Shown: positions 11,583-21,297 of the stretch, in pieces
Layout: every line of letters begins with the position of its first letter
Position numbering within the stretch: position 1 is the stretch's first letter
From: Candidatus Methanomethylophilaceae archaeon
GTDB taxonomy: Archaea > Thermoplasmatota > Thermoplasmata > Methanomassiliicoccales > Methanomethylophilaceae
Length of the DNA: 64,000 bases
NCBI GenBank assembly: GCA_050944155.1
Contig: JBMNQN010000003.1
Coordinates: forward strand, 32,001-96,000
Reading direction: 5' to 3'
Position numbers and translations under genes: made by a program
Notes under the pieces: model-generated
Told to the model about the DNA's origin: nothing
The model's database searches: none
The model's input: the letters and a program-made list of their open reading frames with translations, nothing else

Positions 11583-11584
11583 TT

Positions 11585-12295
11585 TCAGAGATCAGCTCCG
11601 GTTTTCTGTTTGAATTCTTCCCATTTCTCTATCACTTCGTTTCCGGTGACGAACTGGAATCCGTTTTCTTCGGCGAAGGAAAGGGCTTCCTTTTTGGACT
11701 TGGCGTTTCCGTCGTCCCCCATCATCTCGCATATGGTCGCAGACGGCCTGACGCCCGCCATGTACATCAGTGCGGTGCAGAGTTCGGTGTGGCCTTTTCT
11801 CCCGGTGAGCAGTCTTTCGCTAGCGTTGAGAAGATGTACGTGCCCCGGAGACCTGAATTCCCTGCCCATCTGTTCCGCGATTTCCGACGGAGATTTGTCT
11901 TGGAAAATGACCTCCGCATATCTGGATATCGTAAGGGCTCTGTCCCTGTCGGTGATCCCGGTGTAGGTTTTGCGGTGGTTTATGGTCACTCCGAAGGACG
12001 ATTTCGTTCTGTCGTAAGGAATGTCGTTCGGCGCCATGGCTTTGAGAACGGGGAATCTTCCGGAGTCGTCGTAGTAAACGTCGGCCATGAACGGAAGTCC
12101 GATGTCTTTCGCGATTTTGTGGGGGGTGGTCGTGCAGACGAGTCCGCCTGCTTCTTTTCTCAGAAGGCGGACCGTCTCGTAAGTGACGAATTCGGAGGCG
12201 ACGGTTATGTCCGTCTCGCCCTCGCGGTCGTCGAAATCGTAAACAAGAACGGGTTTGCCCGTTCTGATATCCGCCAGAACTTTTTCGAAATTCAT
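11585..12295 (-). CDS. ribB: 3,4-dihydroxy-2-butanone 4-phosphate synthase
   Basis: YDFDDREGETD, TGITDRDRA, FRSPGHV, GHTE, ICEM. Confidence 0.95.
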   Translation of the reverse strand: MNFEKVLADIRTGKPVLVYDFDDREGETDITVASEFVTYETVRLLRKEAGGLVCTTTPHKIAKDIGLPFMADVYYDDSGRFPVLKAMAPNDIPYDRTKSSFGVTINHRKTYTGITDRDRALTISRYAEVIFQDKSPSEIAEQMGREFRSPGHVHLLNASERLLTGRKGHTELCTALMYMAGVRPSATICEMMGDDGNAKSKKEALSFAEENGFQFVTGNEVIEKWEEFKQKTGADL

Positions 12296-12632
12296 ACTAC
12301 CGGGACTGTTCGGACGCTGTGATATAAAAAATTTTTTGCCCATCTACCCAAAATGCGGTAGGTAAAACCGTACGTTGTTTAACGCATCTTATCTTATGCG
12401 GGACAAATGTCCGATGCGCGGTGTGACGGAGCATAATTCCGGAAGACATCGGCAGTTATGGAATATGGTTTGCCGAAACCGAATATGCAATGATTCTATT
12501 ATAATTCGAAGACTTGAAAAACATCGGAACACGAATTTATGCGTTCGCCGCAGTGCAATCATCTAATATCGGGACTCCGGAACGTCTCCGACCAAGGTAA
12601 TCGTTTAATACGCACAGGGAATCGCATCCCCG

Positions 12633-13649
12633 ATGTCCAACGGAAAGAGCATTCAGGGCTCTCTCTTTTTCAAACAGACCGTCGAGTTCCCGGAACAGAT
12701 AGAGGCGGCTCTGGGCACGGAAGTTCCGAAACTTCCCAAAGCGAAGAAAGTGTGCATAAGCGGAATGGGAGCATCCGCGCTTGCCGGGGACATTCTTTCG
12801 GATTTCGCCGACGAAAGCTCCAAGACTCCTCTGTATGTGGTGAGAGGCGCCGAATTCCCCCGCTGGGTGAAGGAAGACACCTGGGTCATTCTGGTAAGCT
12901 ATTCCGGAAACACGAAGGAGACTCTTGCGGCCTACGACGAAGCAACCAAACGCAAATGCAAAGTCGTGTGCGTAACGTCCGGAGGAGAACTTTATTCCAA
13001 ATGTCTCAGCCGCAAGGATCCCGTGGTGAGCATGTACGGCAGTATGCAGTCCCGCACGGCACTCGGAATTCTGCTGGGAACCCTGGCGTCCGTTCTGGAA
13101 GCCATGGGAGTTTCCAAAGCAAAAACCGAACTGGAAAAAATCGTTCCCGCGCTCAAAGAGGAAAGGGACAGAATACTTTCCGACGACTGCCGCGAAGCCA
13201 TGGAAATAGCGGAGAAACTGAACGACAGAATACCCGTTATTTACAGTCTCGCCAACATGAGGTCTTCCGCCATACGCTGGAAGACCCAGATAAACGAAAA
13301 TTCCAAAAACATTTCTTTCTGCGGTTCAATCCCGGAGTTCAACCACAACGAAATCGTGGGATGGACGGACGACAGAAACAACAACCGCAACTTCGTCCCC
13401 GTCGTGCTTTACGACGACGGCGCTTCCGGTATGATTAAGGGAATGACCGACACTCTGATAGAGATTCTTTCGGACAGCAACCTTCAGATAATCACCCACC
13501 ACGTTAACGGTTCCAGCAACCTGGAAAAGAACCTGAAAAGCATAATTCTCGGAGACATAGTTTCCATCCTTCTTGCGGACCTTCTGAGCACGGATCCCGT
13601 AACGGAAAAACCTCTCAGGGAAGCCAGGGAAAGAGCGGAATCCAGCTGA
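12633..13649 (+). CDS. Bifunctional phosphoglucose/phosphomannose isomerase family protein
   Basis: SIS motifs GMGAS and SYSGNTKET, RWKTQINENSK, PEFNHNEI. Confidence 0.88.
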   Translation: MSNGKSIQGSLFFKQTVEFPEQIEAALGTEVPKLPKAKKVCISGMGASALAGDILSDFADESSKTPLYVVRGAEFPRWVKEDTWVILVSYSGNTKETLAAYDEATKRKCKVVCVTSGGELYSKCLSRKDPVVSMYGSMQSRTALGILLGTLASVLEAMGVSKAKTELEKIVPALKEERDRILSDDCREAMEIAEKLNDRIPVIYSLANMRSSAIRWKTQINENSKNISFCGSIPEFNHNEIVGWTDDRNNNRNFVPVVLYDDGASGMIKGMTDTLIEILSDSNLQIITHHVNGSSNLEKNLKSIILGDIVSILLADLLSTDPVTEKPLREARERAESS

Positions 13650-13698
13650 GCGCCTGCCAACTCTTTTTTATCGATTAGCAGTTACAGGGTATGATATC

Positions 13699-14982
13699 AT
13701 GACCCGCGAGGACGCACAGTACATCAGAGAACAGGTGATGAACCACAACAAATGGTTCGAAGAAAGCATCCCCATGATTGCTTCCGAGAACCTTATGAGC
13801 CCCTTGGCCAAAGAGATGCTCATTTCCGATTTCGCCGACAGGTACGCGGAAGGACTTCCCGGAAAACGTTACTATCAGGGAAATATTTTCGTCGACAAAG
13901 TCGAAACCAAAGCGATGGAACTCGCCAAAGACCTTTTCAAGGCCGATTTCGCCGACGTAAGACCGATTTCCGGAACCGTAGCGAACATGGCCGTTCTTTT
14001 CGCTTTCGCTCAGCCCGGAGACACCATAACCACATGCGCCCTCGCACAGGGAGCCCACATTTCCACGTGCGAATTCGGTGCCTTCGGACAGAGGGGAGTA
14101 AATTCCGTTAACTATCCCTTCAACGAGGAGGACATGAACATCGACGTGGACAAAACCGCTAAGATGCTCCGCGAAGTGAAACCGAAAGTCGCGCAGTTCG
14201 GTCTTTCGGTTTTCCTCTTCCCGCCCCCGCTCAAAGAACTCAATGATGTGTTCCAGGAAGTAGGATGTCTCGTATGGGAGGACTGCGCCCACGTTCTGGG
14301 TCTTATCGCCGGAGGTCAGTTCCACGACCCGCTCAGAGAGGGCGTGAACATCGTTTCCGCGTCCACCCACAAAACTTTCCCGGGTCCGAACCACGGAATG
14401 CTTCTGGGAACCAATCTCACGGAAGATCAGGAAAAGAAGCTCAGGAAGGCGGTTTTCCCCGGAGTAACTTCCAGCCACCACCTTCACGCCATGGCCGCAC
14501 TTGCCGTGACTCTTGCCGAAATGCAGGTGTTCGCCGAAGATTATGCGGCGCAGACCTGCAAAAACGCCCGCAAGCTCGGTGAATCCCTTTACGAATTGGG
14601 AATTCCGGTGCTGTGTCCCGATCTGGGATTCACCAGATCCCACGCAATAGCCGTTGACGTTTCCGAATTCGGCGGAGGCAAAGACTGCGCCAAGCTTCTC
14701 GAAGATGCCAACATCATATGCAACAAAAACATGCTTCCCAGGGATATAAGTTCGGTGCGTCCTTCCGGTCTCAGGCTGGGGGCCCAGGAACTCACCCGCA
14801 TAGGCATGAAAGAGAGCGAGATGAAAGAAGTGGCCGAGTTAATAGCCAGAGTCGTCAAAAAGAAGGAAGACCCCGCAAAGGTCAAAGAAGACGTGAAGGC
14901 TCTGAAGAAACAGTTCACCGAAGTAAGGTACTGTTTCAACGAAGGATACCCGGCCTACGGATACCGCAAACTCGTGGATTAA
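13699..14982 (+). CDS. glyA: Serine hydroxymethyltransferase
   Basis: IASEN, RYAEG, STHKTFPGP, SGLRLG. Confidence 0.96.
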   Translation: MTREDAQYIREQVMNHNKWFEESIPMIASENLMSPLAKEMLISDFADRYAEGLPGKRYYQGNIFVDKVETKAMELAKDLFKADFADVRPISGTVANMAVLFAFAQPGDTITTCALAQGAHISTCEFGAFGQRGVNSVNYPFNEEDMNIDVDKTAKMLREVKPKVAQFGLSVFLFPPPLKELNDVFQEVGCLVWEDCAHVLGLIAGGQFHDPLREGVNIVSASTHKTFPGPNHGMLLGTNLTEDQEKKLRKAVFPGVTSSHHLHAMAALAVTLAEMQVFAEDYAAQTCKNARKLGESLYELGIPVLCPDLGFTRSHAIAVDVSEFGGGKDCAKLLEDANIICNKNMLPRDISSVRPSGLRLGAQELTRIGMKESEMKEVAELIARVVKKKEDPAKVKEDVKALKKQFTEVRYCFNEGYPAYGYRKLVD

Positions 14983-14990
14983 ACCGCAAA

Positions 14991-15020
14991 AGAGACGCCG
15001 TACCCGTGTACGGCGTTTCT
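14991..15020 (+). terminator. Hairpin after glyA, between convergent genes
   Basis: AGAGACGCCGTAC / GTACGGCGTTTCT stem followed by TT. Confidence 0.55.
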
Positions 15021-15151
15021 TTAACCGCGTCGCGGCGCATCGTTATGGAGAACGTTCTTAATCGGAACGGGAAACAAAAAAGAAAATTTAAGAGGTTTAA
15101 CCGAAAAGTCCTTCAAGGTGGCAGGTGGAGGCAATTACCTGTCCGTCCGCT

Positions 15152-15487
15152 TCAGGACGAAACGGCTTTTTCGGATGCTGCGTTCCCGACATAGCGGTTG
15201 CTTATGAACACCATAATCGCCCATACGGCGAAAATTGCGAGAACCATGCCGACGCCTATCGTTCCCATTTCGTACAGCATAGCCGATGTATCCGCGGGAT
15301 CCGACATGGCGGTAAGGAACGGGAACCAGGGCACGATTTCGCCGTGCCATATGTGTTCCACCGCCAGGGCTATGACGGTTGCCCAAAGCATGATGTTGAG
15401 CCATTCCATGTGATATTTTTCGGGTGCCCTCTTTGCAATCGGCAGGGTCGCGATTCCGACTCCCGCCGCAACCAGGAAACATGCCAT
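15152..15487 (-). CDS. Small multi-pass membrane protein (EHIWHGE motif)
   Basis: MACFLVAAG... with about 3 hydrophobic segments; ATG 2 nt after the upstream stop. Confidence 0.75.
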   Translation of the reverse strand: MACFLVAAGVGIATLPIAKRAPEKYHMEWLNIMLWATVIALAVEHIWHGEIVPWFPFLTAMSDPADTSAMLYEMGTIGVGMVLAIFAVWAIMVFISNRYVGNAASEKAVSS

Positions 15488-15489
15488 TT

Positions 15490-15810
15490 TTACACACTCT
15501 CCTTTGCAGTTTTTTTGTTCGTTACGGAAATTTTGCCGGTTTTGAGGTTTTTGAAGAAAACATACGCTTCCCATATCGCGAATACCGGAATGAGCATCGC
15601 GATGCTGAGAACGAACGCTTCCGAACTGATTTCAAAAAATTCGCCGCCTTCCATCAGAAATCCTCCGACGTGGTCGACGAAAATACAAACCGCCAGACCC
15701 CACAGGGCAATCGCAAGGGGTCCGAATCTGTATTTCTCGGAAGAAAACAGACATCCGGCTGTCACCAGCATTGCCGCAACAGTTGTCACAATCAGCCACA
15801 TTCTTTTCAC
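15490..15810 (-). CDS. Small multi-pass membrane protein, apparent paralogue of the downstream gene
   Basis: About 3 hydrophobic segments, LWG...VDH; start GTG 15810 or ATG 15801. Confidence 0.72.
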   Translation of the reverse strand: MKRMWLIVTTVAAMLVTAGCLFSSEKYRFGPLAIALWGLAVCIFVDHVGGFLMEGGEFFEISSEAFVLSIAMLIPVFAIWEAYVFFKNLKTGKISVTNKKTAKESV

Positions 15811-15811
15811 C

Positions 15812-15839
15812 GTAATACTATTATGTATTACAGTAACAC
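15812..15839. promoter_or_regulatory. Putative NikR-type operator
   Basis: GTAATA-N16-TAACAC, containing a perfect GTAATAC-N6-GTATTAC palindrome, between an AT-rich TATA-like tract and the start codon. Confidence 0.55.
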
Positions 15840-15948
15840 GTTAAGTATACGAATTATTTATATTTATGTAATAAAACCGACGGGAAACGGGGAACAGCGG
15901 GCGAATCATATTTATTTATCAGCCTGACGATACGGATACGGCGATATC

Positions 15949-16266
15949 ATGGGTTTTATGGACAAGGTATCCGCAGGTCTGAAAAATGCAGACAGCAAGC
16001 TGGGTCAGGAAGTCGACGAAAGCAGGTACAACAGCAAAATCCGCTCTCTCGAAAAAGATATTTCGGATCTGAAGGCCAAACTCGGAGAAAAAGTATACGA
16101 AGCCTTCGAAAAGAACGAAGAATTCGATACGAAACCCTGCTGCGAGAAGATTAAATCCATATATGAAGAAATTGCAGCGGTCGAGGCGGAAAAAGAAGAG
16201 ATGATTGCGTCGGCCAAAGCCGAACGCGAGAAGAACCGCAAAGAAGCTTCCGATAAGAAAGAGTAA
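15949..16266 (+). CDS. Hypothetical charged coiled-coil protein
   Basis: 105 aa, K/E-rich heptads, upstream TATA-like TTTATTTA, downstream hairpin and T-tract. Confidence 0.7.
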   Translation: MGFMDKVSAGLKNADSKLGQEVDESRYNSKIRSLEKDISDLKAKLGEKVYEAFEKNEEFDTKPCCEKIKSIYEEIAAVEAEKEEMIASAKAEREKNRKEASDKKE

Positions 16267-16370
16267 ACCCGTTTCACACGCGGAGAAACACTCCGCATTT
16301 TCTCTTTTTTGAATATATTACTATTACATTCGGTATCCGGAACGCCACTAGTTTCTGCCGACGGTAAATT

Positions 16371-16394
16371 GTTAGGCAAGCCTAACTTTATTAA
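16371..16394 (+). promoter_or_regulatory. DtxR/IdeR-type operator abutting a TATA box
   Basis: GTTAGGC-AA-GCCTAAC palindrome followed directly by TTTATTAA, 22 nt before the ATG of the DtxR gene. Confidence 0.8.
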
Positions 16395-16416
16395 CCAGAT
16401 GCGCATTCGTCTGATT

Positions 16417-17070
16417 ATGATTACCGATAATCGCGAAGATTATCTGATAGAGATACTCAGGCTGACAAAGGACGGTTCTCCTGCGAAAACCAGCGATCTC
16501 GCCAAAATACTCGGAGTCTCGCCTGCCAGTGTTTCCGGAATGATAAAGACGCTTTCCAAAGAGAATCTCGTGAAGTACAAAAAATACCACGGCGTAATTC
16601 TCACGGAAGAGGGAATGCAATACGCGAAACAGCTTCACAGCAAGCACCACATCATCGAACGGTTTTTCACGGGTGTTTTGGGCATGAGTCCGGACGAGGC
16701 CCACGACGAAGCTCACAGAATGGAACACATAATCTCGGACGATTCGGCGATACGCATATGCAGAATCATGGGAGTTCCGGACGAAAAATGCGACCTCTGC
16801 ACCGAATCCTGCGCCAACGACTCTCCCGTAAAAACCGTAACGGTTCTCGGGGATCTCAAACAGGGGCAGAAGGGGAGGATATCCCATATCAAAGGCGGAG
16901 ATCCGGCGTCTGTCAGGAAACTCATATCCATGGGGTTTGTTCCGGGCAGGGAAATAGAGATAGACTGCAACGTATCCAAAAGCTCTCCGAAAGTTGTAAC
17001 CGTAGGAAGTTCGACGATTGCGCTCGATGCCGAAACGGCGTCTTCGATTTACGTAGAGGTTGATGCCTGA
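16417..17070 (+). CDS. DtxR/MntR-family metal-dependent regulator with C-terminal FeoA domain
   Basis: EDYL, HTH VSPASVS, HHIIERFF, EAHRMEH; FeoA-like MGFVPG. Confidence 0.92.
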   Translation: MITDNREDYLIEILRLTKDGSPAKTSDLAKILGVSPASVSGMIKTLSKENLVKYKKYHGVILTEEGMQYAKQLHSKHHIIERFFTGVLGMSPDEAHDEAHRMEHIISDDSAIRICRIMGVPDEKCDLCTESCANDSPVKTVTVLGDLKQGQKGRISHIKGGDPASVRKLISMGFVPGREIEIDCNVSKSSPKVVTVGSSTIALDAETASSIYVEVDA

Positions 17071-18995
17071 TGCAGGGCGGAATGTTTACCGTCGCACTGG
17101 TCGGGCAGCCCAACGTGGGCAAGTCTTCGATGTTTACGAGACTTACCGGCGTAGGCGTCATTTCGTCCAACTACGCAGGCACAACCGTAGAATTCAAAGA
17201 AGCCGTGATAGCCAGAAAAGAGAACACGGTCCGCGTTTACGACCTTCCCGGAACGTACGGAATGTCCGGAAATTCCGACGACGAAGAAGTCGTACTGAAC
17301 ATGGTGAAAGATCCCACTATAGATTCGGTCGTGGTCATAGCCGACGAGACAAACCTTGTAAGCAGTCTCGTGCTGTGTTTCGAAGTCATCGAACTCGGTC
17401 TTCCCGTAATACTGGCACTTAACAAAACCGATGAAGCGAGAAAGAGATACGTTACCGATTACGAGGCTTTGGGAAACATCATCGGCGTGCCCGTCGTTCC
17501 GGTTTCCGCAAAAACTTCCGAAGGGGTGAACAATCTCGCGGACGTCATATGCGGCGGATTCCAGAAAATATCCCCGTTCAGAGTCGGATATTCGGACGGA
17601 ATAGAAAAAGCCGTATCCGATCTGGAGCGCAGACTGGAAGAATCCAGATTCAGCCGTCGCGGCGCGGCCGTAAAGCTTATGGAAGGCACCGAATCGTTTA
17701 TAGCGGATGTTTCTCCGGAGACGGCCGCTCTTGCGGCAGAATACCGATACGGTTTGGAATCCGAAGAGGGAATGTTCCCGGCAGTTTCCATAGGAAAGAG
17801 CAGGTACGAAGCGTCCGAAGAAGTCGTAAAAAAAGTACAGACGAAAATCGACGCACCCCTCAGCAGAAAGGAACGCATTTCAGAGATACTGATTACTCCG
17901 TCCACGGGAATTCCAATATTTCTGGCTATATGTTTCTCGCTGTTCGTCATAATGCTTTTCGGAGGTGCGAAACTGGACGAAGGCGTGATGTACCTTTACG
18001 ATGCGGCCGTAGGAAACGCAATCCCCGAATTCGGCTTTAAAGTGGGAGGGGACATAGGCGAAGCGATTGCCAAAGGAATCGACGGCAGCATACGGGCGAT
18101 TCTTTCCTTGGTGATTCCTTACATAATGCTGTTCTACATTATGCTGGGTCTTTTGGAAGATACGGGATATCTTCCCCGTGCCGTGGTTCTGATCGACAGA
18201 ACAATGCACAGATTCGGTCTGCACGGAGGAGCGTTTATTCCCATGATTGTGGGGCTCGGATGCAACGTACCGGCAGTGATGGCCGCCCGTACAATACGGT
18301 CCAGACGCGAAAGACTGATTCTTACAACTCTGATCGTGGTGTGCGTACCCTGTTCGGCACAGTTGGCAATCATAATGGGAGTGGTGGGAAAATATTCGGG
18401 AATCCTTTACGCGTTTGCGATACTTCTGATATTGCTGGCACTTATGGTTCTGCTCGGTTATGCCATGAACCGTCTGCTTAAGTACGAGCCGTCGGCGCTG
18501 ACCATGGAGCTTCCCGAACTTACCGTACCCTCCGGAAAAAACATTGCCTACAAAACATGGGAGAGAATGAAAGATTTCTTCACCATAGCCTTCCCGCTTC
18601 TGGTCGTGGGAAGCATCATCGTGGAGATTGCTCTGAAATACAATCTTCTGGACTTTTTGGTGGAGCCCACCAGTTTCATAACCGCGGGCATGCTGGGTCT
18701 TCCCGCCGTGCTGATAGTGGCGTTCATCGTGGGAATTCTCAGAAAAGAGATGGCCGTGGGTATGCTTATCGTGATAGCGGCAAGTGAGGGATTTACGGAT
18801 CTGACGATGTTCATGACTCCGGAACAGTTCTTCGTTTTCGGAATCGTCATGGCGATTTACATGCCGTGCATCGCGACCATAGCCACCATGTGGAAAGAAT
18901 TGGGGCTGAAAGAAACCGTTGCGGTATCCCTGTTTTCCATCGCCGTGGCCATAGCCGTAGGGACCGTTGCCAACCAGATACTTATGATAGTCTGA
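17070..18995 (+). CDS. feoB: Ferrous iron transporter FeoB
   Basis: GQPNVGKS, DLPGTYG, NKTD, GCNVPA, multiple TM helices. Confidence 0.95.
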   Translation: MQGGMFTVALVGQPNVGKSSMFTRLTGVGVISSNYAGTTVEFKEAVIARKENTVRVYDLPGTYGMSGNSDDEEVVLNMVKDPTIDSVVVIADETNLVSSLVLCFEVIELGLPVILALNKTDEARKRYVTDYEALGNIIGVPVVPVSAKTSEGVNNLADVICGGFQKISPFRVGYSDGIEKAVSDLERRLEESRFSRRGAAVKLMEGTESFIADVSPETAALAAEYRYGLESEEGMFPAVSIGKSRYEASEEVVKKVQTKIDAPLSRKERISEILITPSTGIPIFLAICFSLFVIMLFGGAKLDEGVMYLYDAAVGNAIPEFGFKVGGDIGEAIAKGIDGSIRAILSLVIPYIMLFYIMLGLLEDTGYLPRAVVLIDRTMHRFGLHGGAFIPMIVGLGCNVPAVMAARTIRSRRERLILTTLIVVCVPCSAQLAIIMGVVGKYSGILYAFAILLILLALMVLLGYAMNRLLKYEPSALTMELPELTVPSGKNIAYKTWERMKDFFTIAFPLLVVGSIIVEIALKYNLLDFLVEPTSFITAGMLGLPAVLIVAFIVGILRKEMAVGMLIVIAASEGFTDLTMFMTPEQFFVFGIVMAIYMPCIATIATMWKELGLKETVAVSLFSIAVAIAVGTVANQILMIV

Positions 18996-20675
18996 TCAGC
19001 GGTGGGTGTAGACCGCCTTTATCAGAGAGGGCGAAACCTCTTCCAATCTTACGAATCCGAATCTTTCGAACTGAACGGTATCGCTCTTTTCTTTCAGAAT
19101 TGCGTTTTCGGTCAGACCCTCGGCCGTAGTGCCGTCGGGCATGAGCACCCTGGTTTCGATGCTGTCTCTGGAAACCCACTGTACGGCGTGCACCCCTTCT
19201 CTGAGAACGGAAATGTCGTTTCCGTCGTACACGGCGGGAAGTCCGAATTTAATGTTGCACAGATCCTTCAGTCTCATGCGTCCCGTTTCGGAAAATTCCT
19301 CGGAATCGGTATCGGAAACGAAGACCGTTCTGCTTCCCGCAAGCAGGTAATGTTTGGTTCCCCTCTCAGGATGATCCGGATGCAGAGGCGCCTCGCCCTC
19401 TACGGAATCGATTCCGTCTATGTCGTAACGCACCGGATTCTTCACGAAGAAATATCTGTTAGAAACATCGTCGATGATATCGCGGTTCATTCCGTAGAGG
19501 TTGTCCCAGCTGAACTGAATATCCACGGATTTCATTCCCGCTTCCACCCAGTAACGCCTTATCGCTTCGGGGCGGATCCCTCTCTTTTTCAGCGCTATCA
19601 CCGTACCGGTGCGCACATCGTCCCATCCGGTGTATTCTCCGCTGAGTATGCTCTGTTTTATAAGGGAGGTTTTGAGAACCGTGTCGGGAATGTTTACGAG
19701 CCCGTAATGATAGTACACGGGTTTTTTCCATCCGAAGTAATCGAAAATGTACTCCTGTCTGAGAGTGTTGTTGAGGTGGTCCTTTCCGCGGATCACATGG
19801 GTCATTCCCATATCGTGGTCGTCCACCGCCACTGACAGATTCATCATGGGATATGCCGAATATCTGTCTCCGGTAAGAGGGTGGGGATGGGAAACAATCC
19901 TCAATGCCACGAAATCCCTGACTGCGGGATTGGGATGTGCCAGATCGGTTTTTACTACGGTGACCGCTTCCCCTTCTCCGTATTCTCCGGAAAGGAATTT
20001 TTCGTATCTTTCCATCTGCGTTTCCACGGGCAGATTTCTGCAGGGACAGGGAAGAGACCGTTCTTTCAGGCTGCGCCATTCGTCCCCGTCGCATGTGCAC
20101 ACGTAAGCGTGTCCCTCTTCGATGAGCTTCTTTACGCGTTCGTAATAAAGTTCGAAACGTTCGGACTGAATGTATGTTTTATCTGTTTTGACTCCCAGCC
20201 ACTCCAGGTCTTCCGGAATCATGTCGTAGGCTTCCCGGTTTATTTTTTCGGGGTTGGTGTCTTCCAGACGGAGAATCAGTTTTCCTCCGTATCTTTTGAG
20301 ATATTCGTCGTTGAGGATGGCAACCCTTGTGTGGCCTATGTGCAGGGGGCCCGAAGGACCCGGGGCAATGCGCATGACGACTCCATTTTCGACTCCTTCC
20401 AAATCGGGAAGTCTGTACACGCGTTCTTTTTTCTCTTTCACAAGCAGGGAAGAATCCAGTTCCGCAAGTTTTTCGGACTGGGCTTCCGGGGACATGGAAT
20501 TGACTTCTTCCACAATCCCGTTCACCGTTTCCCCGATTTCTCCGGCTTTGGCCCTGTATTCGGGGAATCCCGAAAGAATTTTTCCGAGAACCGCCTTGGG
20601 GTTCGCTTTTCCTTTAAAGAATACGGCGTTCTGGAGTGCATATTTTCTGATTTCTTCCTCGAGATTCGGAGCCAT
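18996..20675 (-). CDS. gltX: Glutamate--tRNA ligase (archaeal)
   Basis: APGPSGPLHIGH, RLEDTNP, THVIRGKDH, QFERFGF. Confidence 0.96.
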   Translation of the reverse strand: MAPNLEEEIRKYALQNAVFFKGKANPKAVLGKILSGFPEYRAKAGEIGETVNGIVEEVNSMSPEAQSEKLAELDSSLLVKEKKERVYRLPDLEGVENGVVMRIAPGPSGPLHIGHTRVAILNDEYLKRYGGKLILRLEDTNPEKINREAYDMIPEDLEWLGVKTDKTYIQSERFELYYERVKKLIEEGHAYVCTCDGDEWRSLKERSLPCPCRNLPVETQMERYEKFLSGEYGEGEAVTVVKTDLAHPNPAVRDFVALRIVSHPHPLTGDRYSAYPMMNLSVAVDDHDMGMTHVIRGKDHLNNTLRQEYIFDYFGWKKPVYYHYGLVNIPDTVLKTSLIKQSILSGEYTGWDDVRTGTVIALKKRGIRPEAIRRYWVEAGMKSVDIQFSWDNLYGMNRDIIDDVSNRYFFVKNPVRYDIDGIDSVEGEAPLHPDHPERGTKHYLLAGSRTVFVSDTDSEEFSETGRMRLKDLCNIKFGLPAVYDGNDISVLREGVHAVQWVSRDSIETRVLMPDGTTAEGLTENAILKEKSDTVQFERFGFVRLEEVSPSLIKAVYTHR

Positions 20676-20814
20676 CGGCAACGGATTCGGGTGCCCGTAT
20701 AAATCGTTGACCTTTCGCCTGCTCTTTTGCGCTTTTCCCGGGGGAAGATTAAAGTTTGCCGTATTTTTACTGAAACACCGTTTTTCTGTTTTTTATGCTA
20801 TACGCACACACCTC

Positions 20815-20955
20815 TTTCGGACTTTCCGATATTTGTTTCCTCATATAGGCATAAATTCTGTCGCGCCGCACAAATGGCCGGACGGCAAAAAAACAGCCAC
20901 AAAGAAAAACTGGTAAAATCGATCCGCAGTTGTAATCAAAATCTTCTGCGGGGCG
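20815..20955 (+). repeat. Left copy of a ~140-bp degenerate inverted repeat
   Basis: TTCTGTCGCGCCGCACA (20856-20872) and GACGGCAAAA (20881-20890) are exact reverse complements of 23739-23755 and 23721-23730. Confidence 0.8.
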
Positions 20956-21297
20956 GGCACTCTTTCCGGGGATATGCATTCAAAATTGCCGAAAATGCAA
21001 CTGCATTTCCGTCAGGTCTGCATTCGGAAACTCCAGCTCATCCGTAGCAAGGTAAGGGGCAACGGTATAGAGTGCCTTACTTCGCCCCGAAAAGGACGGG
21101 GGAACAGGGGTGCTTGCGAAATTTTTCCTTCACAACATTCCGAGAGTGATTGTGTTACCTGCCCGAATCGATAATTTCCGCAGATTTACGGATGTGCATA
21201 TCTTTTTAAGCGGAAAAGTGCTGATTTAATCATAAGTCGGTACAGCACGTCGAATAATGCGCATAAGAACAGCCTTTTCACTAAACGCAATCTGATT

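Noticed and set aside
12296-12632. FMN riboswitch or other RNA upstream of ribB
   Set aside because: No FMN-riboswitch consensus or convincing stems; looks like divergent promoters.
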